DNA of 40,119 bases from Sulfurovum sp. (GCA_020721385.1 DYMW01000001.1:1-40119), one strand, 5' to 3'; positions 8,537 through 19,470 are shown, counted from the first letter of the stretch. Numbers and translations are program-made. Notes: generated from the sequence alone by a model not told the origin.

Positions 8537-9395
8537 TTTTCCCATTCTTCATAAACACCAAATCCCCTAATGTGGCTCCGACATCATTGGCAACCACATC
8601 GCATTTTACTTTAAAGAGGTGAAAAATTCTTGGGTCATTGACACCCTCTAAACACTCATAGTTTCCCATGCCTTTGGCGATGATTAAATCCATGGTGTTG
8701 TAAAGTTTCATAAATGCTTCACTCGCACACGTATATGCCAAACCTGGTGTATCGATACCTGAATCTACCAAATTGGCTACTTGGTCAATGCCTATGGCTT
8801 TGGCTTCAATCAGTGTTACATCGTTGATAATCGGTTTTCCTCGAACGGCGTAATAGAGGTCTAATGTTGGGTAAGTTTCATTTAGAACTTCGAGTAGAAG
8901 TTTATCAAAAACGTGTTCACCCACATTGTCGCCCACTATCATTAAAGAATTGGCGGTTAATAAGCGGGTTAAAAACTCTGCTTCATCATCAAGGCTAAAA
9001 GGGGTTTGAAAGACCTTTTCAAACTCGGTCGTTAAGTCAAACTGGTTTGGTGTGGCAAAATCTATAACATTTCCTGCTACCGCCGATTTAATCGCCCCTT
9101 TCAAAGGATTGGATGAGGCTTTAACTGTTTGTTGTACATTGGGCAAGAGTTTCATTGCCTCTATGGTCGAAAGGGCTTTAACTTCTTTGTAGACATCATC
9201 ACTGCCAATTACTGCACCCAATTTAGGATACAAATCAGCAGCAGCCATTGGTGGACTCATCTCACCATATTGAGCAATGGCATTTGAAGCAACCTGTACC
9301 ATTGTTTTAGCAGTTGCTTCATCTAAGTTCAGATTTTTAGCAACCCGTAAAGATTGATTTAACAAACACGAAAGACAATCGGATTTTAAATTCAT
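8520..9395 (-). CDS. DUF89/ARMT1-like damage-control metal-dependent phosphatase
   Basis: N-terminal CLSC, AGNVIDF, GDNVGEHVFD, PIINDVT, AKGMGNYECL, FKVKC. Confidence 0.88.
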   Translation of the reverse strand: MNLKSDCLSCLLNQSLRVAKNLNLDEATAKTMVQVASNAIAQYGEMSPPMAAADLYPKLGAVIGSDDVYKEVKALSTIEAMKLLPNVQQTVKASSNPLKGAIKSAVAGNVIDFATPNQFDLTTEFEKVFQTPFSLDDEAEFLTRLLTANSLMIVGDNVGEHVFDKLLLEVLNETYPTLDLYYAVRGKPIINDVTLIEAKAIGIDQVANLVDSGIDTPGLAYTCASEAFMKLYNTMDLIIAKGMGNYECLEGVNDPRIFHLFKVKCDVVANDVGATLGDLVFMKNGKINSQF

Positions 9396-9505
9396 TTTTC
9401 ATCTTCTTTATTATTGGTATCAGAAAACATGAGATATTTCCCATAAAGCATGGCAACGACCACAACTATCACAACCAAATAAGCAACCCATGGTTCTCGG
9501 TTCAT
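9392..9505 (-). CDS. 37-aa single-TM small protein (not in the ORF track)
   Basis: Manual translation MNREPWVAYLVVIVVVVAMLYGKYLMFSDTNNKEDEK; AAGGAT RBS at 9511-9516 (minus strand); TGA stop overlaps the DUF89 ATG (ATGA). Confidence 0.7.
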   Translation of the reverse strand: MNREPWVAYLVVIVVVVAMLYGKYLMFSDTNNKEDEK

Positions 9506-9576
9506 TTTATATCCTTATATTTTAATAAAGCAATAATAGTTAAAAGGGTGTTAAAAGAAGATTATGAAGAGCAATT

Positions 9577-9612
9577 AAAAAAATGCATAAGAGGAAAAAC
9601 CCTCTTATGCAT
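9577..9612 (-). terminator. Rho-independent terminator of the nuo operon
   Basis: 12-bp perfect stem ATGCATAAGAGG/CCTCTTATGCAT (9583-9612), 6-nt loop, followed by a T run on the minus strand, 11 nt after the nuoN stop. Confidence 0.85.
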
Positions 9613-9623
9613 GGTATAAAAAA

Positions 9624-11135
9624 TTACATACCGAAGTTTGTTGCTTTGACCATCATTGTGATGTACTGAATTAATGGGTTTACATAGAAAACCGATGCAA
9701 CAGTTACAAAAACCGTAAAACCAAGAATGGTTAAAAGTGGTTTGGAGACATTGTAATAAACCGTCTCTTGATTCGTTTCAGATATTGGTGCTTTTAAGAA
9801 CATATAAACAATCAATTTCAAATAATAGTACGCTGCAAGCGCTGAGTTAAGACCCATAACAATGGCCAACCAAATGTATCCTGCATCAACAGTTGCACTC
9901 ATAAGATAAATTTTACCCCAGAAAACAGAGAAGGGAGGAACACCTGCTAGTGACAACATAAAAAGTGCCATAACCACCGCACCCATTGGCATGATTCTAA
10001 TCATTCCCGAGAACTTCTCATAAGGGTGGTCATAACGTGCATGGTGAATTCTACTTTTGTGTCGACTTACCCACAACATTGCAAAGGCTCCAAGGTTGGT
10101 AAACATAAAGAGTGCATAGTATAAAAATACCCCTACATTGGCTTTTTCTGTTGCCAAAGCAATGGCTACCATTACAAAACCAGCGTGTGAAATCGATGAG
10201 TATGCCAACATTCTTTTAACATCTTCTTGAACCAATGCCATAAGGTTGGAGATAGTCATGGTAATAACAGCCAATGCAATAATCATCGTCTGTACCCATT
10301 CAATGTTAAGCGATATAAACATTTCAAAAATTCTCATAGAAACAACAAACGCCGCCAATTTAGGAACAATCGACATATATCCAGCCAATGGAGCTGATGC
10401 ACCCTCATAAACATCTGGTGCCCAAGTATGAAACGGGAACAACGAGAGTTTAAAGGCAAATGCCGTCAACAACAACCCTGCTCCACCCAATAGAAGTATC
10501 ATTATTCCTGGTTCTGCCATTCTTGTCTGAATTGCATCTGCAATTTGATACAACTCTAAACTACCAGAAATTCCATAAAAAACAGCAACACCCATGGAAA
10601 AGAACGCAGCAGCCAAAGCACCCATGGTAAAGTATTTCACCGCCGCCTCGAAAGAGTTGTGTCGGTTGTGTAATGCAATCAATGTATACAATGATAATGA
10701 TGCTGTCTCTATTCCAATAAAGATAAGAATCAAGTTATCAGAACTGACCATAAATTGGAATCCTGCAATCATAAACAGAAAGAGTGCAAAGAACTCTGGG
10801 TATGAATACTCATGGAATCTTTTAGAGGTCAATGCCAAAGGAATAAAAAGTATTGATGCCACCAAGATAATCACTTGAGATAAAACAGCAATACCATCCA
10901 TTAAGATAACATCAAAGAAACCTTTTTCATTTGCCCCATAAGTTAAGCCCAATGTTGCCCCTAAATCAATAATCAAAATAAGTATGGTCAACATAACGTA
11001 AAGAGATTTATGAATATGCTCTTTAATTAAATCAATTGTTAAAATAATCAAACCACCCACAATGGCAATAAGCATTGGCATTAGTGTGGTAAGATTTAAG
11101 ACATCCATGGTAATGCTTTTAGGATCTATAAACAT
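9624..11135 (-). CDS. nuoN: NADH-quinone oxidoreductase subunit N
   Basis: EAAVKYF, FKLSLFPFHTWAPDVYEGA, KRMLAYSSISHAG; last gene of the nuo operon. Confidence 0.95.
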   Translation of the reverse strand: MFIDPKSITMDVLNLTTLMPMLIAIVGGLIILTIDLIKEHIHKSLYVMLTILILIIDLGATLGLTYGANEKGFFDVILMDGIAVLSQVIILVASILFIPLALTSKRFHEYSYPEFFALFLFMIAGFQFMVSSDNLILIFIGIETASLSLYTLIALHNRHNSFEAAVKYFTMGALAAAFFSMGVAVFYGISGSLELYQIADAIQTRMAEPGIMILLLGGAGLLLTAFAFKLSLFPFHTWAPDVYEGASAPLAGYMSIVPKLAAFVVSMRIFEMFISLNIEWVQTMIIALAVITMTISNLMALVQEDVKRMLAYSSISHAGFVMVAIALATEKANVGVFLYYALFMFTNLGAFAMLWVSRHKSRIHHARYDHPYEKFSGMIRIMPMGAVVMALFMLSLAGVPPFSVFWGKIYLMSATVDAGYIWLAIVMGLNSALAAYYYLKLIVYMFLKAPISETNQETVYYNVSKPLLTILGFTVFVTVASVFYVNPLIQYITMMVKATNFGM

Positions 11136-12658
11136 TATTTTACCTCCTTTTTACTCACGATAATCGCTTCTTTGGTTGATTCAGACTGTGCATGATCTTC
11201 CATTTGAACCAATAGAGCTTTAACCGAATTATCAATTGGTCCTAAAACAGGTTTAGGGTAAACACCCAACCAAACAACAAGAAGAACCAATGGAATAAGT
11301 ACCGTAAGCTCTTTACTGTTTAAATCTTTTAATCCATAATTTTTTTCATTCGTTACAGGACCAAAAAATGATTTTTTGAACAGTGCCAACATATAAATAG
11401 AACCAATAATAATGGTAGAACCTGCAATAATCGTACCGATTACTGAAACTTTATAGAAACCAAGCAAAACAAGGAATTCACCAACAAATCCAATGGTCAA
11501 TGGTAACCCAACCGATGCCATAAGCATCACACCAAAAATGGTTGCGTACACTGGCATTACCGTCGCCAATCCACCAAACTCACTCATGTATTTGGTACCT
11601 GTTCGCTCATAGATAACACCCACGAGGAAGAACAACGCTCCTGAAACAATCCCATGAGACAACATTAAGAAAACAGAACCACCAAGACCTTCGGCATTCA
11701 TGGCAAAGACACCAATCATAATAATACCCATGTGTGAAACCGATGAGTAAGCAATAACTTGTTTCATATCTTTTTGTGCAAATGCGACCATCGCAGTATA
11801 AACAACCATAATGAGTGAAAGTGCCATAATAAATGGTGTAAACTCTACCGATGCATCTGGCAAAATTGGTAATGAAAATCTTACAAAACCATACGTACCC
11901 ATTTTAAGCAATACTGCTGCAAGAATAACCGAACCAATGGTTGGTGCTTGTCCGTGAGCATGTGGTAACCATGTATGGAATGGGAACATTGGAACTTTAA
12001 TGGCAAAACCAGCAAAGAATGCCAAGAACAACCAAAACTGCTCATTATCGGTCAGCTTTAATGTATACCAATCTAAAAGGTTAAATGACCAGATACCTGA
12101 TTCGACTTGGAACAAATATGCCATTGCCAAAAGACCCACCAACATAATAAGTGAACCTGCAAAAGTATACAAGAAAAATTTAACCGCTGCATAAACTCTT
12201 GTTGGTCCACCCCATGCCCCAATAATGTAGAGCATTGGCACCAATGAAAGCTCCCAAAAAATATAAAAAAGAATCGCATCCAATGAAAGAAATACACCCA
12301 CCATGGTCATCTCTAAAAAGAGAAGAGAAATAATCATGTTTTTCATCTTTTTCAAATCTGAATCCAAAGAAATCATTCCAAGCAATGTCATTAACGATGC
12401 CATAATTACAATGAAAATAGAGATACCATCAACACCGACATTGTAGGCAATTCCAAACTCTGAAATGACTGGGATAAACTCTGAAAATTGCATACCTGCA
12501 TTGGCACCATCATAGAGTACCCATAACCAAAGTGAGAGTAATAACTCAATTGCTGCCACAGAAACACCATACGCTTTTGCACTGTTTTTGTCAACAACAA
12601 ACCCCAACATCCCTGCAATTGCAGGGAAAAATATTAATATACTTAATATATTATCCAT
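11135..12658 (-). CDS. nuoM: NADH-quinone oxidoreductase subunit M
   Basis: FWELSLVPM, KVPMFPFHTWLPHAHGQAPT, LLKMGTYG, AYSSVSHMG. Confidence 0.95.
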   Translation of the reverse strand: MDNILSILIFFPAIAGMLGFVVDKNSAKAYGVSVAAIELLLSLWLWVLYDGANAGMQFSEFIPVISEFGIAYNVGVDGISIFIVIMASLMTLLGMISLDSDLKKMKNMIISLLFLEMTMVGVFLSLDAILFYIFWELSLVPMLYIIGAWGGPTRVYAAVKFFLYTFAGSLIMLVGLLAMAYLFQVESGIWSFNLLDWYTLKLTDNEQFWLFLAFFAGFAIKVPMFPFHTWLPHAHGQAPTIGSVILAAVLLKMGTYGFVRFSLPILPDASVEFTPFIMALSLIMVVYTAMVAFAQKDMKQVIAYSSVSHMGIIMIGVFAMNAEGLGGSVFLMLSHGIVSGALFFLVGVIYERTGTKYMSEFGGLATVMPVYATIFGVMLMASVGLPLTIGFVGEFLVLLGFYKVSVIGTIIAGSTIIIGSIYMLALFKKSFFGPVTNEKNYGLKDLNSKELTVLIPLVLLVVWLGVYPKPVLGPIDNSVKALLVQMEDHAQSESTKEAIIVSKKEVK

Positions 12659-12667
12659 ATCCTCTCC

Positions 12668-14578
12668 TTAACCTATGAATGCAGAAATAGCTGCAGCCAC
12701 TACTAATAACAATGCACCAGCACCCATCCAATTAAGGTATGATGAGAGGTTACCATTTTGCATCCCTCTTGAAACATCACCTGATTTGTAGAATGCTTTT
12801 GCAATAAGGTCAACAGACCCATCAACCACTGCTTTATCAATTGCCCAGAATTTTTCTGATGCGATGGTGTAAGGTTTAACTATAAACTCATCGTAAAATT
12901 TTGGTACATAGTATTGATTTGCAACCAATCTATAGATAAATGATTGTTCAAATACTTCATCTCTTTTCCACGCCTCTTTACCCGTACCTGCATATTTTTT
13001 ATAAGCAATAACAATACCTGTTACAGCTAGAATAATAACCAGTAATCCAAGTAACCAAGCCCAATGGTGAGTATGATGACTCATTTCATAATCAGGAAGA
13101 TTTCTTGTAATGAATTCTCTAAAGTCTTCCATAAACCAACCAAATGAGATAGCAAGTGCTGCTAAAGGAGCCATTGCTACGAGTACATATTTGTACATAT
13201 CGTGTGGGTGGAAACCTAACGCTTTATAACGCTCATCACCGTGGAAAGTAAAGAATACTTGTCTAAAGCTATAGAAAGCTGTCATTCCTGCCGTAATCAC
13301 CAAAATTCCCCAAATAATAAAACTTCCATCATTAAAAGCTGTCTCAATAATGGCATCTTTTGAATAGAACCCTGCAAAGAAAGGAAGACCAGCCAATGCC
13401 ACAGAAGCGATTCCCATATAAATATAAGAACCCCTCATCACTTTTTTCATTCCACCCATTTTAAAGATGTCAAGTTCATCATCCATGGCATGCATCACGT
13501 TACCTGCACCAAGGAAAAGTAACGCTTTAAAGAATGCGTGTGCAGCAAGGTGGAAAAGTGCAATCCAATACGCACCCAAACCAGCAGCAGCAAACATGTA
13601 TCCCAACTGAGAAAGGGTTGAGAGTGCAACAATTCGTTTAATGTCTCTAGCACTCAATGCCATTGAAGCGGCATAGAATGCAACAAATGCACCCAATGAT
13701 GCAATAAAAAATGAAACCCCAGCAACAGCATCTAAGCTAAACAGTGGGTTGGCTCTAATGACCAAAAATACCCCTGCTGTTACCATGGTAGCTGCGTGAA
13801 TCAATGCAGAAACAGGTGTAGGACCTTCCATCGCATCGGTTAACCATGTATGAAGTGGAAATTGTGCCGATTTACCCATTGCTCCAATAAAGAGTGCAAT
13901 GGCAATGGCAACTAAAATTCCATCTTTAAGATTTGGTAGTGCTTCAAAAACAACGTCATATTGTAATGAACCAATATTCCAGTAAATCAAGAAAATACCA
14001 ACCAACATACCAAGGTCAGCCACACGGTTCATAATAAATGCTTCATTGGCTGCCCATGATGGTGAAATAGATGGATTCTCTTCAAAAGGTCTGTCTGCTT
14101 TATGATACCAAAAACCAATCAATAACCATGAACAAACACCAACACCTTCCCAACCGATAAATAGACCCGCAAAGTTATCACTCATTACCAAAATAAGCAT
14201 TGAAAAAACGAATGCTGAAAGGTAAGAGAAAAATCTATTGTACCCTTTATCATGATCCATATACCCTATAGAGTAGATATGAACAACGGTTGAAACCAAA
14301 GTAACAACCACCATCATGGTGACCGATACTTCATCAACAAGGAAACCAAACGGGATACTTAAATCACCTGCATTAATCCAATCCATTAGGGTAACGTGTA
14401 CCGCCCCAAACTCTGCTACGTGTATCGCCAACATAAGCGATGCAATAAACGAGAGTGCCAATAGTCCCGACGCCACGATACCCACCAAATGTGTTTTAGG
14501 ACTTCTTGCAAAAAATAGCCCTGCAAAGAGTGAGCCAACAAAAGGAGCAAAGAGTGCTACATATACTAAACTTTCCAT
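12668..14578 (-). CDS. nuoL: NADH-quinone oxidoreductase subunit L
   Basis: WEGVGVCSWLLIGFW, GKSAQFPLHTWLTDAMEGPTPVSALIHAATMVTAG, HAFFKALLFL. Confidence 0.95.
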   Translation of the reverse strand: MESLVYVALFAPFVGSLFAGLFFARSPKTHLVGIVASGLLALSFIASLMLAIHVAEFGAVHVTLMDWINAGDLSIPFGFLVDEVSVTMMVVVTLVSTVVHIYSIGYMDHDKGYNRFFSYLSAFVFSMLILVMSDNFAGLFIGWEGVGVCSWLLIGFWYHKADRPFEENPSISPSWAANEAFIMNRVADLGMLVGIFLIYWNIGSLQYDVVFEALPNLKDGILVAIAIALFIGAMGKSAQFPLHTWLTDAMEGPTPVSALIHAATMVTAGVFLVIRANPLFSLDAVAGVSFFIASLGAFVAFYAASMALSARDIKRIVALSTLSQLGYMFAAAGLGAYWIALFHLAAHAFFKALLFLGAGNVMHAMDDELDIFKMGGMKKVMRGSYIYMGIASVALAGLPFFAGFYSKDAIIETAFNDGSFIIWGILVITAGMTAFYSFRQVFFTFHGDERYKALGFHPHDMYKYVLVAMAPLAALAISFGWFMEDFREFITRNLPDYEMSHHTHHWAWLLGLLVIILAVTGIVIAYKKYAGTGKEAWKRDEVFEQSFIYRLVANQYYVPKFYDEFIVKPYTIASEKFWAIDKAVVDGSVDLIAKAFYKSGDVSRGMQNGNLSSYLNWMGAGALLLVVAAAISAFIG

Positions 14579-14583
14579 TCTTT

Positions 14584-14892
14584 CTATCCTTTCATTGTTG
14601 CGATTACATCAAGATCCAGTGAACCATACTTTTTATAAAGTACAATCAAAAGTCCCAAACCAACAGCCACTTCAGAGGCTGCAACTGCGATAACAAAAAA
14701 GGCAAACATCTGCCCTGATAAATCACCATAATAGTTCCCAATAGCTGCAAATGCAACGTTGACTGCATTTAACATTACTTCGGTCGCAAAAAAGAGCATC
14801 AAAAGATTTTTTCTTCTAAGTACCCCTACAAATCCTATACTAAACAGTAACCCTGAAAGTATAAGATAATGACCAATACCTATTTCCATCAT
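14584..14892 (-). CDS. nuoK: NADH-quinone oxidoreductase subunit K
   Basis: RRKNLL, EVMLNAVN, AASEVAVGL; about 100 aa with three TMs. Confidence 0.95.
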   Translation of the reverse strand: MMEIGIGHYLILSGLLFSIGFVGVLRRKNLLMLFFATEVMLNAVNVAFAAIGNYYGDLSGQMFAFFVIAVAASEVAVGLGLLIVLYKKYGSLDLDVIATMKG

Positions 14893-15476
14893 TTCGCTCC
14901 TCCTTTTAAAATTTCATCCTCTAACTCTTTATCTGATGCTTCACATTCAGTTAATGAGTAATCCATTTTCTTACCAGCCAAAATAATACCTGCTATCATT
15001 GCCACAAGTAACATTACTGCTGCGACTTCAAACGGAACCAAATATTTGGTAAAGAGAACCAATCCAACATCTTGAGCATTACCAAAAGCACCTAAGCCTT
15101 CGGCCAATCCAACAGGATAAAGGGCTTGAATATTCTCACCAATAATTGGAGCTGAAAACATGATTACAAAAACCAATGCCATTAATCCACCCAATACAAA
15201 TGCTAAGGAAGGATTTTGATGCTTCTCTTTAATATCTTTGGTTGCATCAAAAAACATCATCGAGAAAGCATAAAGTGCCATAACAGCACCCACATATACA
15301 ATAAGTTGAACAACCCCTAAAAAGTCTGCTCCCAAAAGAAAGAAGAATCCTGAAATCATTACCATTCCTGCAGCCAATGCGGTCATGGCATACAGAACAT
15401 TCTTACTCATTACCGTAATCGTAAACAATACCATGGTAGATATTGCAAAGATATAAAAGGCTATTACTTCATACAT
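14889..15476 (-). CDS. nuoJ: NADH-quinone oxidoreductase subunit J
   Basis: QLIVYVGAVMAL, YLVPFEVAAVMLLVAMIAGIIL. Confidence 0.95.
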   Translation of the reverse strand: MYEVIAFYIFAISTMVLFTITVMSKNVLYAMTALAAGMVMISGFFFLLGADFLGVVQLIVYVGAVMALYAFSMMFFDATKDIKEKHQNPSLAFVLGGLMALVFVIMFSAPIIGENIQALYPVGLAEGLGAFGNAQDVGLVLFTKYLVPFEVAAVMLLVAMIAGIILAGKKMDYSLTECEASDKELEDEILKGGAK

Positions 15477-15490
15477 TTTATTCCCCTTCT

Positions 15491-16114
15491 TTAGTACGCT
15501 AATGGCGTTTTTTTGATGTTATCATCAGCATTAGGACTAATTGCACCAAAACCTTGATACTCTTGTTGAAGATTCAATTTGTCAATTGGTGTTAACATAT
15601 CTTCAAAGAGTGAGAAACTCGCTCTCTGTTCTGAAGCTGTCTCATAACGTTGACCATGAACAATCGCCAACTCAGGACACACTTCTGCACAATATCCACA
15701 GAAAATACATCGACCAAAGTTAATGGTATATTTTGAAACCTCTTTTCGTTGGTTCTCATCATAACGTGTCTCCATAGAGATACAGTTGGAGATACAAATC
15801 TTTTCACAAAGACCACAACCAATACATCGGTAGTTACCACTCTCCATGAGTCTTAACATCTCATGAATCGCTCGGTATCGTGGTGAAATAGGCAACTTCT
15901 CAAATGGATATTGCGTTGTGTGCATTTTTCCACCAAGAAGTGCATTTCCCATCTCTCTTAGTGTGACCCAAAGTCCGACAAAAAGCTCTGGTTTAAAGGT
16001 TCTTGAAACTACCTGTTTAAACTCTCCCCACCCACTTGAAGGCGAATGACTTAAGTCTAATTTTTTGTAATTTTGCGTTCCAACATTTCTGTTTTTAAAT
16101 TGTTCTAAACTCAT
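15491..16114 (-). CDS. nuoI: NADH-quinone oxidoreductase subunit I
   Basis: Two 4Fe-4S motifs, CIGCGLCEKIC and CIFCGYCAEVCP. Confidence 0.95.
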   Translation of the reverse strand: MSLEQFKNRNVGTQNYKKLDLSHSPSSGWGEFKQVVSRTFKPELFVGLWVTLREMGNALLGGKMHTTQYPFEKLPISPRYRAIHEMLRLMESGNYRCIGCGLCEKICISNCISMETRYDENQRKEVSKYTINFGRCIFCGYCAEVCPELAIVHGQRYETASEQRASFSLFEDMLTPIDKLNLQQEYQGFGAISPNADDNIKKTPLAY

Positions 16115-16123
16115 CTCTACTCC

Positions 16124-17134
16124 TTACACTAACATCATCACGATACCCGTGATAATTACGTTGACAACAGCCAATGGCATCAATACTTTCCAACATAGCC
16201 ACATCAACTGATCTGGTCTCACATGAGGCCAAGCTGCTCTTACCCACAACATAAAGAAGAATGAGAAAGCAATTTTAGCAACAATCATAAACCAACCAGG
16301 GAAAATCCAGAAATCATTGTATCCACCCAAGAAAACAACAGAAGCAACAACCCCAATGGTAATCATGTTGGCATACTCTCCAATAAAGAACATCCCCCAT
16401 CTCAGACCCGAATACTCGGTTGCATATCCAGAGATAACTTCTGCTTCATGCTCCAAAAGGTCAAATGGTGTTCTGTTGGTTTCTGCAAATCCTGCAATAA
16501 TGAAAAGAACAAATGCTACAGGCTGATAAACCACCATCCAAAGACCATCTGTTTGATAATCATTAAAATCAACAAATGAGAGTGAGCCAACCATCATAAT
16601 TGGTGCCAATATAGATAAACCTGTTACCACTTCATAACTTAAAAACTGAATCGCTGTTCTAGCACTTCCAATAATACCCCATTTGTTGGCTTGTGCCATA
16701 CCTGCTAATAGCGGACCATAAAGACCCGCTGCCATCATTCCAAGTACAAACAAGATACCTACGTTAATATCAGAGGCAATAGAAGGTACATAAATATCCA
16801 CAAAAGGGATGGTAAAATCAGGAAATACAGGAACCGCTGCCAAAGCAATAAACGCCGTTGCTGCTGTAATTGCTGGTGCTACGGCAAATATAACTTTATT
16901 GGCGTGTTGAGGAATAATATCTTCTTTGGTAAAAAGTTTAATACCATCTGCTATCAATTGTAATAATCCATAAGGACCAACATACATTGGTCCAAGTCTT
17001 CTTTGCATAAATGCAAGTATTTTTCGTTCAATAAATGTACCAAACCCTGCAATGGCTGCAATAATCGCCAAAATTAAAATGGCTTTAATGATGACACCCA
17101 ATGCAGTGACTTCTGGTAATATTGTTGTTTCCAT
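16124..17134 (-). CDS. nuoH: NADH-quinone oxidoreductase subunit H
   Basis: ERKILAFMQRRLGP, ADGIKLFTKED, AETNRTPFDL. Confidence 0.95.
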   Translation of the reverse strand: METTILPEVTALGVIIKAILILAIIAAIAGFGTFIERKILAFMQRRLGPMYVGPYGLLQLIADGIKLFTKEDIIPQHANKVIFAVAPAITAATAFIALAAVPVFPDFTIPFVDIYVPSIASDINVGILFVLGMMAAGLYGPLLAGMAQANKWGIIGSARTAIQFLSYEVVTGLSILAPIMMVGSLSFVDFNDYQTDGLWMVVYQPVAFVLFIIAGFAETNRTPFDLLEHEAEVISGYATEYSGLRWGMFFIGEYANMITIGVVASVVFLGGYNDFWIFPGWFMIVAKIAFSFFFMLWVRAAWPHVRPDQLMWLCWKVLMPLAVVNVIITGIVMMLV

Positions 17135-17136
17135 AT

Positions 17137-19470
17137 TTACACCTCCCTTATTGTTACTGTTTGATACCGTAACTCACCAAAGAGTTCATAGATATTTTTA
17201 GCACTTTTAAAATCAGGAACAGCAACAATGTCACCTTCCATCCTATCATCAACAATGACATCCAATGTCAACTCACCATTATCAAATTCAACCACCACGG
17301 TTTTACCCAATGTTTCAGCTTTTGCTGGACTCACATAGAGTCCAAAGGCTTCAAAAATTTGATGAGCTTTATCAGAGAAGTCATTAAACTGTCTTTGTGG
17401 ATTACATCGATAAGCAATCTGACCCTCTAACGCTTTACCTTCATCAAACTTCTCTACACTAATGGCTTCTACCTCTGTGATAGTTGTTTCTAATAGATAC
17501 CCTCTATTCTCTGTTCCATCATTCAAATACCCATTTGGTAAAGTGTCAAAAGATATTGATTTAAACCCTTTGGCTACGGGAAGATAGGGCGTCCAATCAA
17601 TGGTCTCTTGTGGTGCCGAAACCAACACTTTCATAACATCATTCAACTCATAACCATGATACTCAACCGCTGCATTGGTTGGTGTTACTCTTTTATGCAT
17701 GTTGGTTAATGTACCTTCTTGTTGGTTCATCGCAGGCATATCCAAATCGCCATCACCCAATGCTGAAAGTCTAAAGTCACCCGATTCATTATAACCAATG
17801 GTGTACCCTTCTGCCTCATAATCAAGGTCACAAATCAATGCCACACCCAATGAGTTACTTTTTGGCGGAATCATGGCTACTTTTACAGCAGAGGTGCTTT
17901 CAAGTAGTGCAATCAATTTGGCAATATTTTCAGCATTCTCATGGAAATATAAATCTTCACCTACCATCAAAGAGAAGTTCTCTTTTTTCTTCATCATCTT
18001 ATCAAAAGCATCTGCAAATTTTTTAGCATTGCCACCAAGAATCGTGACCAAATGGTCTCTATCAAGTTGCTCTTTAACCTCTGATGACAATTGCTCTTTA
18101 TCCGAAAATAAATCCAACATCAAATAAAGTGCTGCCTCTTCAAGTCCTGCTTTATGGTTAAATATCTCAACACTTTTACCAAATGTCGGAACCAATGCAT
18201 CACCTACTGGATGGAAGTATAACCCTGCACCTTTATTCATCTTTTGAACATTGTTAAAGGCATAACGAGCATTAGGATTGTCATTTCTTAGACTTGTACC
18301 CAAACTCATAACAAAATCACTCTTCATCACTTCTTTAAAATCAAGTGTATAAAGTGAATTTCCAGATGCTTTACTATATGCATTTAAAAAACGTTGGAAA
18401 GCACTTGCTTCACGGTTAATCAACTTCACACCCAATTTCTCTTTAAGTGTTTGAAGCATTAGTGCCTCTTCATTGGTAATCACTGAATTAAAATGAATTA
18501 CTTTTGCTTGTTTAAAGGCTTCAATAGCATTGGCAAAGGCTACTTCATCTTTGATTGCTGTTGCATTCTCAAAGTCATATCCAAATCGTCCTGCTCCACA
18601 AAGTGACACATAGTTCCACTCATTGGTAACACGGAAGATTTTTTCTGTTCGATCTTCAATGGATGTTGGTTTGGTCTCATAATAGATTTGACATCCACTA
18701 CTACAATGGGCACACGTTGCAGGAATTTTCTTTAAATCCCAAGCATTGGAACTGTAGACAAAATCTCTACTCACCAATGCTCCAACAGGACAAACTGCCA
18801 CACACTCACCACAATCAGAACAATTGGTTAAACCTGTACCATTGCTTGGTGCAATCACGGATTTTTGAAGTTTGTTCCACATGGCATAAGCATCTTTTGG
18901 CATGGTGTCTTTCCACTCTTTTCCAAGTGCGTCACCACCTCTTTTTACTGTTGTAATCGCGGAATCACCAATCATGTCTTTACACACAGTGGTACAACGC
19001 TCACATACAATACAAAGTCCTGCATCATAATGAAGAACTGAACTCCAATTGCTTGTCTCTCTTTTTGTGTCTGCAATACTGTACGATTGAGAATCAACCT
19101 GTAATTCAAGTGTATAATTTTGTAATTCACACGCACCACTTTGATCACATACTCCACACTGTAGTGGATGGTTTACATCATACACTTCCATCATCGCACG
19201 ACGCTCTGTTAGAATATTGGGTGTATCCACCGTAATTGCCATGCCCTCTTTTACTTTAGCATTACAAGCATAAACCTGCTTCCCATCTGCTTCAACAAGA
19301 CACAATCGACAAGCCAATGTCGGTGAACATCTTGTCAAATAACAGATAGCAGGAATAAACACATCGTTGGCACGAGCAGCATTAAGAATATATTCACCCT
19401 CTTTTGCTTTATACTCAATACCATCAATAGTAATGCTAACCATATTTTCTACTGTTTGTACTTCACTCAT
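17137..19470 (-). CDS. nuoG: NADH-quinone oxidoreductase subunit G, distal copy with a full 2[4Fe-4S] ferredoxin-type motif pair
   Basis: N1b (IPAICY...ACRLC...YAC), N5 (HPLQCGVCDQSGAC), CIVCERCTTVC plus CSDCGECVAVCP, N7-type CAHCSSGC...LCGAGRFG. Confidence 0.9.
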   Translation of the reverse strand: MSEVQTVENMVSITIDGIEYKAKEGEYILNAARANDVFIPAICYLTRCSPTLACRLCLVEADGKQVYACNAKVKEGMAITVDTPNILTERRAMMEVYDVNHPLQCGVCDQSGACELQNYTLELQVDSQSYSIADTKRETSNWSSVLHYDAGLCIVCERCTTVCKDMIGDSAITTVKRGGDALGKEWKDTMPKDAYAMWNKLQKSVIAPSNGTGLTNCSDCGECVAVCPVGALVSRDFVYSSNAWDLKKIPATCAHCSSGCQIYYETKPTSIEDRTEKIFRVTNEWNYVSLCGAGRFGYDFENATAIKDEVAFANAIEAFKQAKVIHFNSVITNEEALMLQTLKEKLGVKLINREASAFQRFLNAYSKASGNSLYTLDFKEVMKSDFVMSLGTSLRNDNPNARYAFNNVQKMNKGAGLYFHPVGDALVPTFGKSVEIFNHKAGLEEAALYLMLDLFSDKEQLSSEVKEQLDRDHLVTILGGNAKKFADAFDKMMKKKENFSLMVGEDLYFHENAENIAKLIALLESTSAVKVAMIPPKSNSLGVALICDLDYEAEGYTIGYNESGDFRLSALGDGDLDMPAMNQQEGTLTNMHKRVTPTNAAVEYHGYELNDVMKVLVSAPQETIDWTPYLPVAKGFKSISFDTLPNGYLNDGTENRGYLLETTITEVEAISVEKFDEGKALEGQIAYRCNPQRQFNDFSDKAHQIFEAFGLYVSPAKAETLGKTVVVEFDNGELTLDVIVDDRMEGDIVAVPDFKSAKNIYELFGELRYQTVTIREV

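Noticed and set aside
13600-13650. NuoL reads ALSTLSQLG where the usual motif is AYSTxSQxG
   Set aside because: It is a single substitution whose significance cannot be judged without an alignment; the other antiporter motifs are intact.
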